Positions 56,001-64,000 of a stretch of 64,000 bases of DNA are shown here, piece after piece. Origin of the DNA: an uncultured virus (IMG/VR IMGVR_UViG_3300012665_000499) (lineage: Duplodnaviria; Heunggongvirae; Uroviricota; Caudoviricetes); the IMG/VR virus record IMGVR_UViG_3300012665_000499. One strand, 5' to 3'. How positions within the stretch are numbered: the stretch's first letter is position 1; each line of letters opens with the position of its first letter. The position numbers and the translations under genes were made by a program. The notes beneath the pieces were generated by a model. The model searched no databases. It was not told the origin of the DNA and saw only the letters and a program-made list of their open reading frames with translations.

Positions 56001-57526
56001 ACAACATGCTCGAGCTAACCCCCGAGATCATCGAAAAGATCATAAAGGGCATGCCACGGCATGAAGCGGCCGAGCTCCTGATAATGTTTGACGAGTTGGA
56101 GGAGCGCAAGCGGGTGACTATGGCCCAGACGGACTTCCTTGCGTTTATAGCGGCTATTGATAAGACGTATAAGTTCGGTGTTCACCTGAAAAAGCTGGGC
56201 AATCTGCTGATGGACGTGGAGCAGAACACCAAAAACCGGATCGCCGTGAGCATGGCACCGCGTATGGGCAAGTCCCAGATGATTTCGATCTACTACCCTG
56301 CATGGTATTTAGGCAAACACCCCGATCACAAGGTCATTGTGGCCTCCCACACGGCTGATTTGGCGCTGGTTATGGCTAGAAAAGTGCGAAATTTGATTAA
56401 TACTGCCGAATACAAGGCAATTTTCCCCCAAACGGCGATCGCAAGTGACGCTAAGGCCGCTGGACAGTGGAATACGACCAAGGGAGGCGAGTATTTCTCC
56501 ATTGGTGTGGGTGGTGCGCTGGCTGGACGGGGTGCTCACCTCATAATTGCCGACGATCCGCTGTCTGAGCAGGACATTAAGTCCGGAAACACCAATTCTT
56601 TGGACAATACGTACGAGTGGTTCAGTGCTGGACTGCGTACCCGCTTGATGCCCGAGGGGAAAATCTGTGTTTTGCATACCCGGTGGCACCAGAGGGACCT
56701 GATCGGCCGGCTGCTCAAGGATTCCGCCATGAATGAGGGCGGGGACAACTACGAAGCCTTTGATTTCCCAGCTATCCTGAACGAGAACACACCTGAAGAG
56801 AAGTCCATCTGGCCAGAGCAGTGGACATTGGAGGCACTGCAGCAAACCCGGGCGTCAATGCACCACATCATGTGGCAGTGGTTCGCTCAGTACCAACAAA
56901 ACCCGACAGCATCGGAAGCTGCGATCGTCAAACGGGAGTGGATTAAGTGGTGGCCCAAGGACGACCCGCCTCCGATTAACTTCATTGTGCAGGCATACGA
57001 TACGGCGCTTACTACGAAGCAGCGGTCTGACTTCTCTGTGTGCCATACGTGGGGTACGTGGACAAACGAGGAGGACGGGACGGAGAACGTCATCCTGCTC
57101 AACAAGGTCAAGGGGAAGTACGAGTTCCCGGAGCTCAAGAAGATGGCCCACGAGCAGTTCGAGGAGTGGCAGCCAGACAGTGTGATCGTCGAGGCGAAAG
57201 CCAGTGGGCAGCCGCTCATTGACGAGATGCGCAGGTCAGGTATATTCGTGCAGGACTTCAGCCCCGGGAAAGGGCAGGACAAGATCGCGCGGTTGAACGC
57301 GGTGACGGACATGTTCGCCTCTGGCCATGTGTGGTTCCCTGAGAGCGCATGGGCAGCAGCCACGGTCGAGGAGATTCTGGCGTTCCCCGCCGGCGAGCAC
57401 GACGACGAGGTGGATACAATGACGCTGGCCTTAATGCGTATCCGCAAGGGTGGGCTATTGCGCTTGAGCACCGACCACGAGGATAATGAGTTATTTCGGA
57501 AACCCAACCGAATGTCTTTCTACTAA
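55997..57526 (+). CDS. terL: Terminase large subunit
   Basis: APRMGKS Walker A, IIADDP Walker B, TRWH, YQQNP, AYDTA, HDDEVD. Confidence 0.93.
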   Translation: MNNMLELTPEIIEKIIKGMPRHEAAELLIMFDELEERKRVTMAQTDFLAFIAAIDKTYKFGVHLKKLGNLLMDVEQNTKNRIAVSMAPRMGKSQMISIYYPAWYLGKHPDHKVIVASHTADLALVMARKVRNLINTAEYKAIFPQTAIASDAKAAGQWNTTKGGEYFSIGVGGALAGRGAHLIIADDPLSEQDIKSGNTNSLDNTYEWFSAGLRTRLMPEGKICVLHTRWHQRDLIGRLLKDSAMNEGGDNYEAFDFPAILNENTPEEKSIWPEQWTLEALQQTRASMHHIMWQWFAQYQQNPTASEAAIVKREWIKWWPKDDPPPINFIVQAYDTALTTKQRSDFSVCHTWGTWTNEEDGTENVILLNKVKGKYEFPELKKMAHEQFEEWQPDSVIVEAKASGQPLIDEMRRSGIFVQDFSPGKGQDKIARLNAVTDMFASGHVWFPESAWAAATVEEILAFPAGEHDDEVDTMTLALMRIRKGGLLRLSTDHEDNELFRKPNRMSFY

Positions 57527-57532
57527 GGATAT

Positions 57533-57808
57533 ATGGCGACTTCACAATTTATGGGGGCAAATAGTTTGATCGACCGCTTGGCCGCACAAGTTGGGTCGAG
57601 AGAGACTGCCATTAAATTACTGCGTAGCCGTGGACAGATGGAGGAGCACTCCGAGAACTTGACCGCCGCAGGTAAAGCGCGTGACGCGATGACTGCTGAG
57701 GAGAGAGCCAAAGACCGCGCGTCTAAACTCTCAGGCAAGAAACCTACCGCGTATTCATACGATCCGAAAACTAACCGAGCTACGCTAGCGCGAAGCGGAA
57801 AGAAATAA
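57533..57808 (+). CDS. Small basic hypothetical protein
   Basis: AAGGA RBS between terL and portal. Confidence 0.65.
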   Translation: MATSQFMGANSLIDRLAAQVGSRETAIKLLRSRGQMEEHSENLTAAGKARDAMTAEERAKDRASKLSGKKPTAYSYDPKTNRATLARSGKK

Positions 57809-57809
57809 T

Positions 57810-60338
57810 ATGGCAACCAACAGCATGAGCCCCGCCCTGTACCAAGCCCCCATGGGTATCGACGCAGGAGAAGCTGAACCCGATTTGGAGATTGAGATCG
57901 AAGACCCAGAAGGGGTAACGATTAAAGCGGGCGGCATGGAGATTGAGATTCTCCCTCATACTGAAGAAGAGTTCGACGCAAACTTAGCCGAGGAGATGGA
58001 CGACGGTGAGTTGCAGAAGCTGGCCAGTGAGTTGATTGATCTGGTGGATACGGATATCCAGTCGCGCAAAGATTGGGTGGAGATGTATGTCAAGGGCCTT
58101 GAGGTCTTGGGCATGAACTACGAAGAGCGTACCGAGCCGTGGCTAGGTGCCTGTGGTGTGTACTCCACAATCCTCACAGAAGCGGCCATCAGGTTCCAGT
58201 CAGAAACTATTACTGAGAGCTTCCCCGCGCAGGGCCCCGTCAAGACTCGGATCATTGGGGAAGAGAACCCAGAAACCACCGAGGCTGCAGAGCGTGTCCG
58301 CGACGACATGAACTACCAGTTGACTGAGGTGATGCTCGAGTATCGCCCGGAGCATGAGCGCATGCTGTACAGCTTGGGCTTGGCAGGATCGGCGTTCAAG
58401 AAGGTCTACTACGACCCAGCACTGGGCCGGCAGGTGTCGATGTACATCCCTGCAGAGGATATTATTATTCCTTATGGAGCGTCTAGCACTCAGACGGCCG
58501 AGCGTGTTACCCATGTGATGCGCAAGACAAAAAACGACATTCGTAAGCTGCAGGTGGCAGGGTTCTACCGCGACATCGAGTTGTCTGACCCAGAACCGAT
58601 CCACACTGACGTGGAGAAGAAGAAAGCGGAAGGCCAAGGCTATACGCTGACTGACGACGAGCGCTATCAGATTCTTGAGATTCACGTTGACTACAACCTG
58701 CCCGGGTATGAGGACGACGATGAGATCGCACTGCCTTACATTGTTACGATTGACCGGGGCACCTCAGAGGTGTTGGCCATCCGCCGTAACTGGAACAAAG
58801 ACGACGAGCTCGAGCAGAAACGCCAGCACTTCGTGCAATACACCTATGTGCCCGGGTTCGGAGCCTACGGCCTTGGCCTGATTCACTTGATCGGTGGCTA
58901 CGCGCGCGCAGGTACATCTCTGATTCGTCAGTTGGTGGACGCTGGCACATTGTCGAACTTGCCCGGTGGTATGAAGACCAAGGGTATGCGCGTCAAAGGA
59001 GATGACACTCCTATCGCTCCCGGCGAGTTCCGAGATGTGGACGTTGCCTCCGGCACGATCCGCGACAACATCATGGCGCTCCCATACAAAGAGCCAAGCC
59101 AAGTTCTGTTGGCATTGCTGAACCAGATCACTGAAGAAGGTCGTCGCTTAGGCTCGATCTCCGACATGAACATCAGCGACATGGGCGCGAACGCTCCGGT
59201 AGGTACAACACTTGCGCTGCTTGAGCGTCAGTTGAAAACTATGTCGGCCGTACAGGCGCGTGTCCACTACTCGATGAAGCAGGAGTTCAAGCTCCTCAAA
59301 GAAATCATCCGTGACTACACACCTGAAGATTACAACTACACACCTGAAGGTGGAGACCGTAAAGCGAAGCAAGCGGACTACGACCTCGTAGAAGTTATTC
59401 CTGTGTCGGACCCCAACAGTTCGACAATGGCCCAGCGGATCATGCAGTACCAAGCTGTTATTCAGTTGGCCCAGAGCGCACCACAGATTTACAACCTCCC
59501 ACATCTGCACCGTCAGATGATTGAGGTGCTCGGTGTTAAGAACGCCGACAAGTTGGTGCCCATCGACGACGACCAGAAGCCCCGCGATCCGATCTCGGAG
59601 AACATGGCGTTCCTCAATGGCAAGCCCACGAAGGCGTTCATCTACCAAGACCACGAAGCACACATTGCGGTACACAGCACGTTCATGCAAGACCCGATGA
59701 TCGCAGCCTCTATTGGCCAGAGCCCGATGGCCGCGCAGATGCAGGCCGCCATTCAGGCGCACATTGCAGAACACCTTGGCTACGCATACCGCGTGAAGAT
59801 TCAAGAACGCCTTGGCGCGCCGTTGCCCACTCCTGACGTGGAGCTCTCACCTGAGTTGGAGGTCCAGTTGTCCCGCGTGGTCGCACAAGCCGCGCAGCAG
59901 TTGCTCACCATCAACAAGGCCCAAGCTGCTCAACAGCAAGCGCAGCAGCAAGCCCAAGACCCGATCCTCCAGTTGCAGATGCAGGAAGTTCAGATCAAGA
60001 AGCAAGACGCGGATACTAAGGCCCGCAAGGTGGACGCTGACATCGCGAACAACCGCGAGAAGCTGGCGCTCGAGGCGGACAAGGGCGGTATGGACCCCAT
60101 GCAGCTAATGCAAGAGGCCCAACAAGCTGAACAGCAGCACCAGCAGCAGCTACAGATTCAAGCCCAGCAGGCGCAACAGGCCGCGCAAGTTGCCCAACAG
60201 CAGCAGGGTATGAAACAGCAGCAGATGGCACAGGCTGCACAACACAAAAATCAGGCCCACCAGCAGGGGCTCACCCACAAACAACAACTGCACGAGCAGC
60301 GGCTGGCCACGCCCCAACCCCCAAAGGAAGGAGCGTAA
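57810..60338 (+). CDS. Portal protein (P22-like, Gln-rich C-terminal extension)
   Basis: 842 aa after terL; GSAFKKVYYD, LPYKEPS; long Q-rich helix. Confidence 0.85.
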   Translation: MATNSMSPALYQAPMGIDAGEAEPDLEIEIEDPEGVTIKAGGMEIEILPHTEEEFDANLAEEMDDGELQKLASELIDLVDTDIQSRKDWVEMYVKGLEVLGMNYEERTEPWLGACGVYSTILTEAAIRFQSETITESFPAQGPVKTRIIGEENPETTEAAERVRDDMNYQLTEVMLEYRPEHERMLYSLGLAGSAFKKVYYDPALGRQVSMYIPAEDIIIPYGASSTQTAERVTHVMRKTKNDIRKLQVAGFYRDIELSDPEPIHTDVEKKKAEGQGYTLTDDERYQILEIHVDYNLPGYEDDDEIALPYIVTIDRGTSEVLAIRRNWNKDDELEQKRQHFVQYTYVPGFGAYGLGLIHLIGGYARAGTSLIRQLVDAGTLSNLPGGMKTKGMRVKGDDTPIAPGEFRDVDVASGTIRDNIMALPYKEPSQVLLALLNQITEEGRRLGSISDMNISDMGANAPVGTTLALLERQLKTMSAVQARVHYSMKQEFKLLKEIIRDYTPEDYNYTPEGGDRKAKQADYDLVEVIPVSDPNSSTMAQRIMQYQAVIQLAQSAPQIYNLPHLHRQMIEVLGVKNADKLVPIDDDQKPRDPISENMAFLNGKPTKAFIYQDHEAHIAVHSTFMQDPMIAASIGQSPMAAQMQAAIQAHIAEHLGYAYRVKIQERLGAPLPTPDVELSPELEVQLSRVVAQAAQQLLTINKAQAAQQQAQQQAQDPILQLQMQEVQIKKQDADTKARKVDADIANNREKLALEADKGGMDPMQLMQEAQQAEQQHQQQLQIQAQQAQQAAQVAQQQQGMKQQQMAQAAQHKNQAHQQGLTHKQQLHEQRLATPQPPKEGA

Positions 60339-60539
60339 ATGGAACAGAACGTAATGGACCTGCTGACGAAGCAGCTTAACGAGGATCGAGACATGCTTAT
60401 TTCCGCTATTGCGGGCGGGAAAGTAGCTGATTTCGCGGAGTACAAAGAGCTATGCGGGCAAATCCGGGGTATCTCCCGAGCACAAATCCGTGTATCTGAG
60501 ATGGTGTCGCGCCTGCGACAGGGAGAGCAGGACGACTGA
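60339..60539 (+). CDS. Small conserved head-region protein
   Basis: DFAEYKELCGQIRG. Confidence 0.7.
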   Translation: MEQNVMDLLTKQLNEDRDMLISAIAGGKVADFAEYKELCGQIRGISRAQIRVSEMVSRLRQGEQDD

Positions 60540-60610
60540 GTTTGGATGGGTTTATCTGGGGTTACCCGCCGAAATACGCTAAACCCCATGCGTGAAAGTA
60601 AGGAAGTCAA

Positions 60611-61012
60611 ATGTCAGAATTTAATGTTAACGCCGTAGATTTGTCTGGGGTACTCAACGCCACAGATGAAGAAAAGGCCCGACAAATTCCAGACCCGGTT
60701 ACGTACCACTTGCTGTGTATGTTGCCCAAGGCCGAGGAAGAAATCGGAGAGAGCGGACTGATTAAAACCAGCCAAATGATGCACCACGAGGAGCTTTTGT
60801 CCCCCGTGTTGTTCGTAGCCAAAATGGGCCCTGACGCCTTTACCGACGAAAAACGCTTCCCCAGCGGCCCAAGCTGCAAGGTAGGTGACTTTATCTTGGT
60901 ACGTCCCAACAGCGGTACACGGATGAAAATCCACAATACCGAGTGGCGACTCATCAATGATGACTCGGTTGAAGCAGTTATCCAAGACCCACGAGGAGTA
61001 CAACGGCCATGA
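60611..61012 (+). CDS. groES: GroES-like co-chaperonin
   Basis: EE....SGLI, MGPDA, CKVGDFIL, G......WRLINDDSVEAVI. Confidence 0.8.
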   Translation: MSEFNVNAVDLSGVLNATDEEKARQIPDPVTYHLLCMLPKAEEEIGESGLIKTSQMMHHEELLSPVLFVAKMGPDAFTDEKRFPSGPSCKVGDFILVRPNSGTRMKIHNTEWRLINDDSVEAVIQDPRGVQRP

Positions 61013-61962
61013 GCATCGAACAAACTGAATTTGAGTTTCCCGACGAGGAAGGTACCAAAAACGCTCGCGCAGGCGGACGTGTGGTTGAACCTGAGTCTGA
61101 GCCAGAGATCGAAATCGTTGACGACACCCCTGAAAAGGACCGCCACCGCACTCCCCTAGGCGAAGCCCCCAAGCCTGTAACGGAGGAAGAACTCTCCAAA
61201 TATAGCGATCAGAAGCTAAAAGACCGCCTTGCCCACATGAATAAGGGGTATCACGAAGAGCGTCGGGCCAAAGAAGTGGCCTTGCGGGAACGTGAAGAGG
61301 CCGTACGGGTCGCTCAGTCTGTAGTGGAGGAGAACAAACGCCTGCAAGGGTCGCTGGCCTCCAACCAAACGGCACTGATTGACCAAGCTAAGCTGGTAGT
61401 AGCTTCGGAAATCGAAGATGCTAAGCGGGCTTACAAGGACGCCTACGAGGCTGGGGATGCTGACGCGCTCACAAAAGCGCAAGAAAAGCTGACTTCTGCA
61501 TCAATTCGTGCAGATAAAGTACAGAATTTCAAGCCGGCACCTTTACAAACTACAGAATATCCTGTACAAACGCAACAACAGGTTCCTCAAGCGCCTGAAG
61601 TTGATGCTAAAACACGCGACTGGTTAGACAAAAATTCGTGGTTTGGTACCAACCGAAAGATGGCAGCTTACGCTCTCATTTTGCACGAGGACCTAAAGGA
61701 TTCTGGTGTGCCTGTGGCTAGTGATGAATATTACGAAGCTATCGACGCCGATATGAGAAAACGGTTCCCTGAGTCATTTGCAGAGGAACCCGCTGATGCT
61801 AAAACTTCTCAGCGAACAAAATCAAATGTAGTTGCACCCGCATCACGTAGTACAGCGCCTCGAAAGATCGTACTTACACAAACGCAGGTAAACATCGCCA
61901 AGCGGCTCGGCGTTCCTTTGGAACTCTATGCTCGTAAGGTTGCGGAAGAAATGAGGAAATAA
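61009..61962 (+). CDS. Capsid scaffolding protein
   Basis: Acidic N-term, coiled coil, W...N.WFG, LT..Q..IAKRLGVPLE.YA C-term. Confidence 0.75.
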   Translation: MSIEQTEFEFPDEEGTKNARAGGRVVEPESEPEIEIVDDTPEKDRHRTPLGEAPKPVTEEELSKYSDQKLKDRLAHMNKGYHEERRAKEVALREREEAVRVAQSVVEENKRLQGSLASNQTALIDQAKLVVASEIEDAKRAYKDAYEAGDADALTKAQEKLTSASIRADKVQNFKPAPLQTTEYPVQTQQQVPQAPEVDAKTRDWLDKNSWFGTNRKMAAYALILHEDLKDSGVPVASDEYYEAIDADMRKRFPESFAEEPADAKTSQRTKSNVVAPASRSTAPRKIVLTQTQVNIAKRLGVPLELYARKVAEEMRK

Positions 61963-61965
61963 ATT

Positions 61966-62418
61966 ATGACTGAACAAATTCGTAAGAGCCGTGAGCTTGA
62001 TACCCGCGCAACCACAACTCGCCCAGCGAAGTGGCTGCCACCCCAGCTTCTACCTGATCCCACACCGGAGGAGGGTTATGCGTTTCGCTGGATTCGTACC
62101 TCGACTCTTGGCAAAGATGATCCGACAAATTTATCCTCGAAGCTACGTGAAGGCTGGGAGCCTGTAAAGGCATCTGACCATCCTGAGATTAGATTGTTTG
62201 GTACGGCCGATGGCCAGTTTCCAGACAGTGTTGTCGTAGGTGGATTGATGTTATGCAAAACACCCGTGGAATTTACGGAACAACGTGACGAGTACTACCG
62301 CCAACAAGCGGAAACTCAAATGAATTCTGTAGATAACACGTACATGCGCGAGAGTGACCCACGTATGCCGCTTTTTAAAGAGCGTAGTACCAAGGTAACT
62401 TTCGGTAAAGGTATTTAA
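61966..62418 (+). CDS. Conserved head-region protein
   Basis: FRWIR...REGWEPV...GGLMLCK. Confidence 0.7.
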   Translation: MTEQIRKSRELDTRATTTRPAKWLPPQLLPDPTPEEGYAFRWIRTSTLGKDDPTNLSSKLREGWEPVKASDHPEIRLFGTADGQFPDSVVVGGLMLCKTPVEFTEQRDEYYRQQAETQMNSVDNTYMRESDPRMPLFKERSTKVTFGKGI

Positions 62419-62435
62419 TTTTTAGGAGACCTTAA

Positions 62436-63059
62436 ATGGCATCTACCGCTTCTCCCTACGGCCTCCGTGCCGTAAACGAGTTGGGTGGCCTACCTTATGC
62501 AGGTAGCACTCGCTCGTTTGCAATCAACCCCGCTGGTTACGGCACAAACATCTATAACGGAAGTTTGGTGTATGTTACAACCTCGGGTTACATCGAAATC
62601 GTTACCGCTACTGGCGCTGACGCAACCACAAACGGCTTCCCTGTTGGCACTGCTAACACCGGCGCTGTTGGTGTGTTTGTTGGATGCTCTTACGTTAACG
62701 CACAAGGTCAAACCGTTTTCTCTCAATACTACCCAGCCAGCGCGTTGAACGCAGTAGCATTTGTGATTGACGACGACCGTACCGTGTTCCAAGTTCAGTC
62801 TGCTGGTACTGTTACCATCGCTGCTCTGGGTGCAAACGTGTTCTTCTCCACTGGTGCAGTGGCTACTGGTAGCACAACTACTGGTAACTCCACCGCTTCC
62901 GTTGTGGCTGGAGCTTCCGCTGTTGCTACTACCGCCGCTTTCCGCGTCGTTGGTTTTGTAAACATGGTTGGCTTCTCCACAGTAGGTGACGCATATACTG
63001 ATATTCTGGTGAAGTTCAACCCCGGATACCACTCTTACAGCAACGCTGTTGGTCTGTAA
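62436..63059 (+). CDS. Capsid decoration/minor capsid protein
   Basis: PYGLR, GVFVGCSY; beta-rich, directly before the capsid gene. Confidence 0.6.
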   Translation: MASTASPYGLRAVNELGGLPYAGSTRSFAINPAGYGTNIYNGSLVYVTTSGYIEIVTATGADATTNGFPVGTANTGAVGVFVGCSYVNAQGQTVFSQYYPASALNAVAFVIDDDRTVFQVQSAGTVTIAALGANVFFSTGAVATGSTTTGNSTASVVAGASAVATTAAFRVVGFVNMVGFSTVGDAYTDILVKFNPGYHSYSNAVGL

Positions 63060-63072
63060 AAGGAGCTAAATC

Positions 63073-63984
63073 ATGGCTATTTCACGCGCACAACTACTTA
63101 AAGAACTCTTGCCCGGTCTGAACGCTTTGTTTGGACTTGAGTACGCCAAATATGGTGAAGAGCACAAAGAAATCTACGAAACAGAAGCGTCTGAGCGTAG
63201 TTTTGAAGAAGAGACCAAGCTGTCTGGCTTCTCCGCCGCTCCGGTGAAGAACGAGGGCTCTGCCATTGCTTATGACAATGCGCAAGAAGCTTGGACTGCA
63301 CGTTACAACCACGAAACAATCGCGATGGGTTTCTCCATCACTGAAGAAGCCGTGGAAGATAACTTGTATGACTCTTTGTCAGCACGTTACACCAAGGCTT
63401 TGGCCCGTGGTATGGCGTACACCAAACAGGTCAAGGCTGCCTATGTATTGAACAACGCGTTCAACACTGCGGTTACCTACGGCGACGGCGTTACCTTGTG
63501 TAACACTGCTCACCCCCTGATCTCTGGTGGCACCAACAGCAATCGTCCTACGACCGGCGCTGATTTGAACGAAACTTCGTTGGAAAACGCAGTTATTCAG
63601 ATCGCTGCTTGGACAGACGAGCGCGGTTTGCTGATCGCTGCTAAGCCTAAGAAATTGGTCGTTCCTCCTGCTTTGATGTTCGTTGCTACCCGTTTGTTGG
63701 AAACTAACCTCCGTGTTGGTACTGCTGACAACGATATCAACGCGTTGAAGAACAACGGTTCGATCCCTGAAGGCTACACAGTCAACCACTTCTTGACCGA
63801 CACAAACGGTTGGTTCTTGTTGTCTGACGTGCCTAACGGCTTGAAGCACTTCGTCCGTATGCCTTTGGCTAACTCCATGGACGGTGACTTTGATACTGGT
63901 AACGTCCGTTACAAGGCTCGCGAGCGTTATTCGTTCGGCGTGTCTGACCCACTTGGCATCTTCGGATCGCCCGGTTCGTCCTAA
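63073..63984 (+). CDS. Major capsid protein
   Basis: MAISRAQLLKELLPGLNALFG...SERSFEEE...KARERYSFG; AGGAG RBS. Confidence 0.9.
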   Translation: MAISRAQLLKELLPGLNALFGLEYAKYGEEHKEIYETEASERSFEEETKLSGFSAAPVKNEGSAIAYDNAQEAWTARYNHETIAMGFSITEEAVEDNLYDSLSARYTKALARGMAYTKQVKAAYVLNNAFNTAVTYGDGVTLCNTAHPLISGGTNSNRPTTGADLNETSLENAVIQIAAWTDERGLLIAAKPKKLVVPPALMFVATRLLETNLRVGTADNDINALKNNGSIPEGYTVNHFLTDTNGWFLLSDVPNGLKHFVRMPLANSMDGDFDTGNVRYKARERYSFGVSDPLGIFGSPGSS

Positions 63985-63997
63985 GCCCTCGGGCTTA
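63982..63997 (+). other. Hairpin at the capsid stop codon
   Basis: TAAGCC-CTCG-GGCTTA; downstream context cut by the window edge. Confidence 0.4.
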
Positions 63998-64000
63998 TTA

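Larger units (their letters stand above)
1..64000. mobile_element. Tailed dsDNA bacteriophage genome (podovirus-like), probably near-complete and permuted
   Basis: Terminase, portal, scaffold, capsid, nozzle, fibres, lysis and replication modules in two opposed blocks; no host genes; capsid gene ends at the right edge and post-capsid structural genes start at the left edge. Confidence 0.95.

Noticed and set aside
59880..60338. CAG/CAA-rich tract as a repeat element
   Set aside because: It is the Gln-rich helical C-terminus of the portal with mixed codons
60614..61375. 253-aa - strand ORF (likewise 6527..7336, 12717..13409, 22346..23083, 56887..57507)
   Set aside because: Antisense to well-supported structural genes; no RBS or motifs
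1..64000. Stop-codon reassignment or an integration module
   Set aside because: Genes are full length and tightly packed under the standard code; no recombinase motifs seen

Overview
The window looks like a near-complete, circularly permuted ~64 kb dsDNA tailed phage genome with podovirus-type (P22/T7-like) architecture. The + strand carries the packaging and virion genes. 55.5-64 kb holds terS, terL, portal, a GroES-like gene, scaffold and major capsid. 0-32.5 kb holds small basic virion proteins, adaptors, two tail-fibre/adhesin cassettes each followed by putative oxidative enzymes, holin/M15 endolysin, nozzle, ejection proteins and a 1928-aa polyvalent protein. The - strand (55.1 to 32.5 kb) carries early genes, a MoxR-AAA/VWA module and replication genes (PolA, Cas4-like nuclease, SNF2 helicase, SSB, primase-helicase). 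I found no integrase, tRNA, CRISPR array or reverse transcriptase. The most striking unexplained signals are in the early region. (1) A ~480-nt ORF-poor, richly base-paired segment (52758-53234) lies downstream of a near-consensus sigma70 promoter and a boxA, enclosed by two mutually complementary palindromes; it is a candidate large structured ncRNA. (2) Fourteen copies of a ~20-bp palindrome (TTATA-N4/5-TATAA core) sit mostly at gene junctions across 46.8-55.2 kb. Also notable are a tandem pair of diiron ferritin-like enzymes beside a gp38-like adhesin and a recurring xxxGG motif across virion proteins. All family assignments come from motif recognition by eye; no database searches were run.
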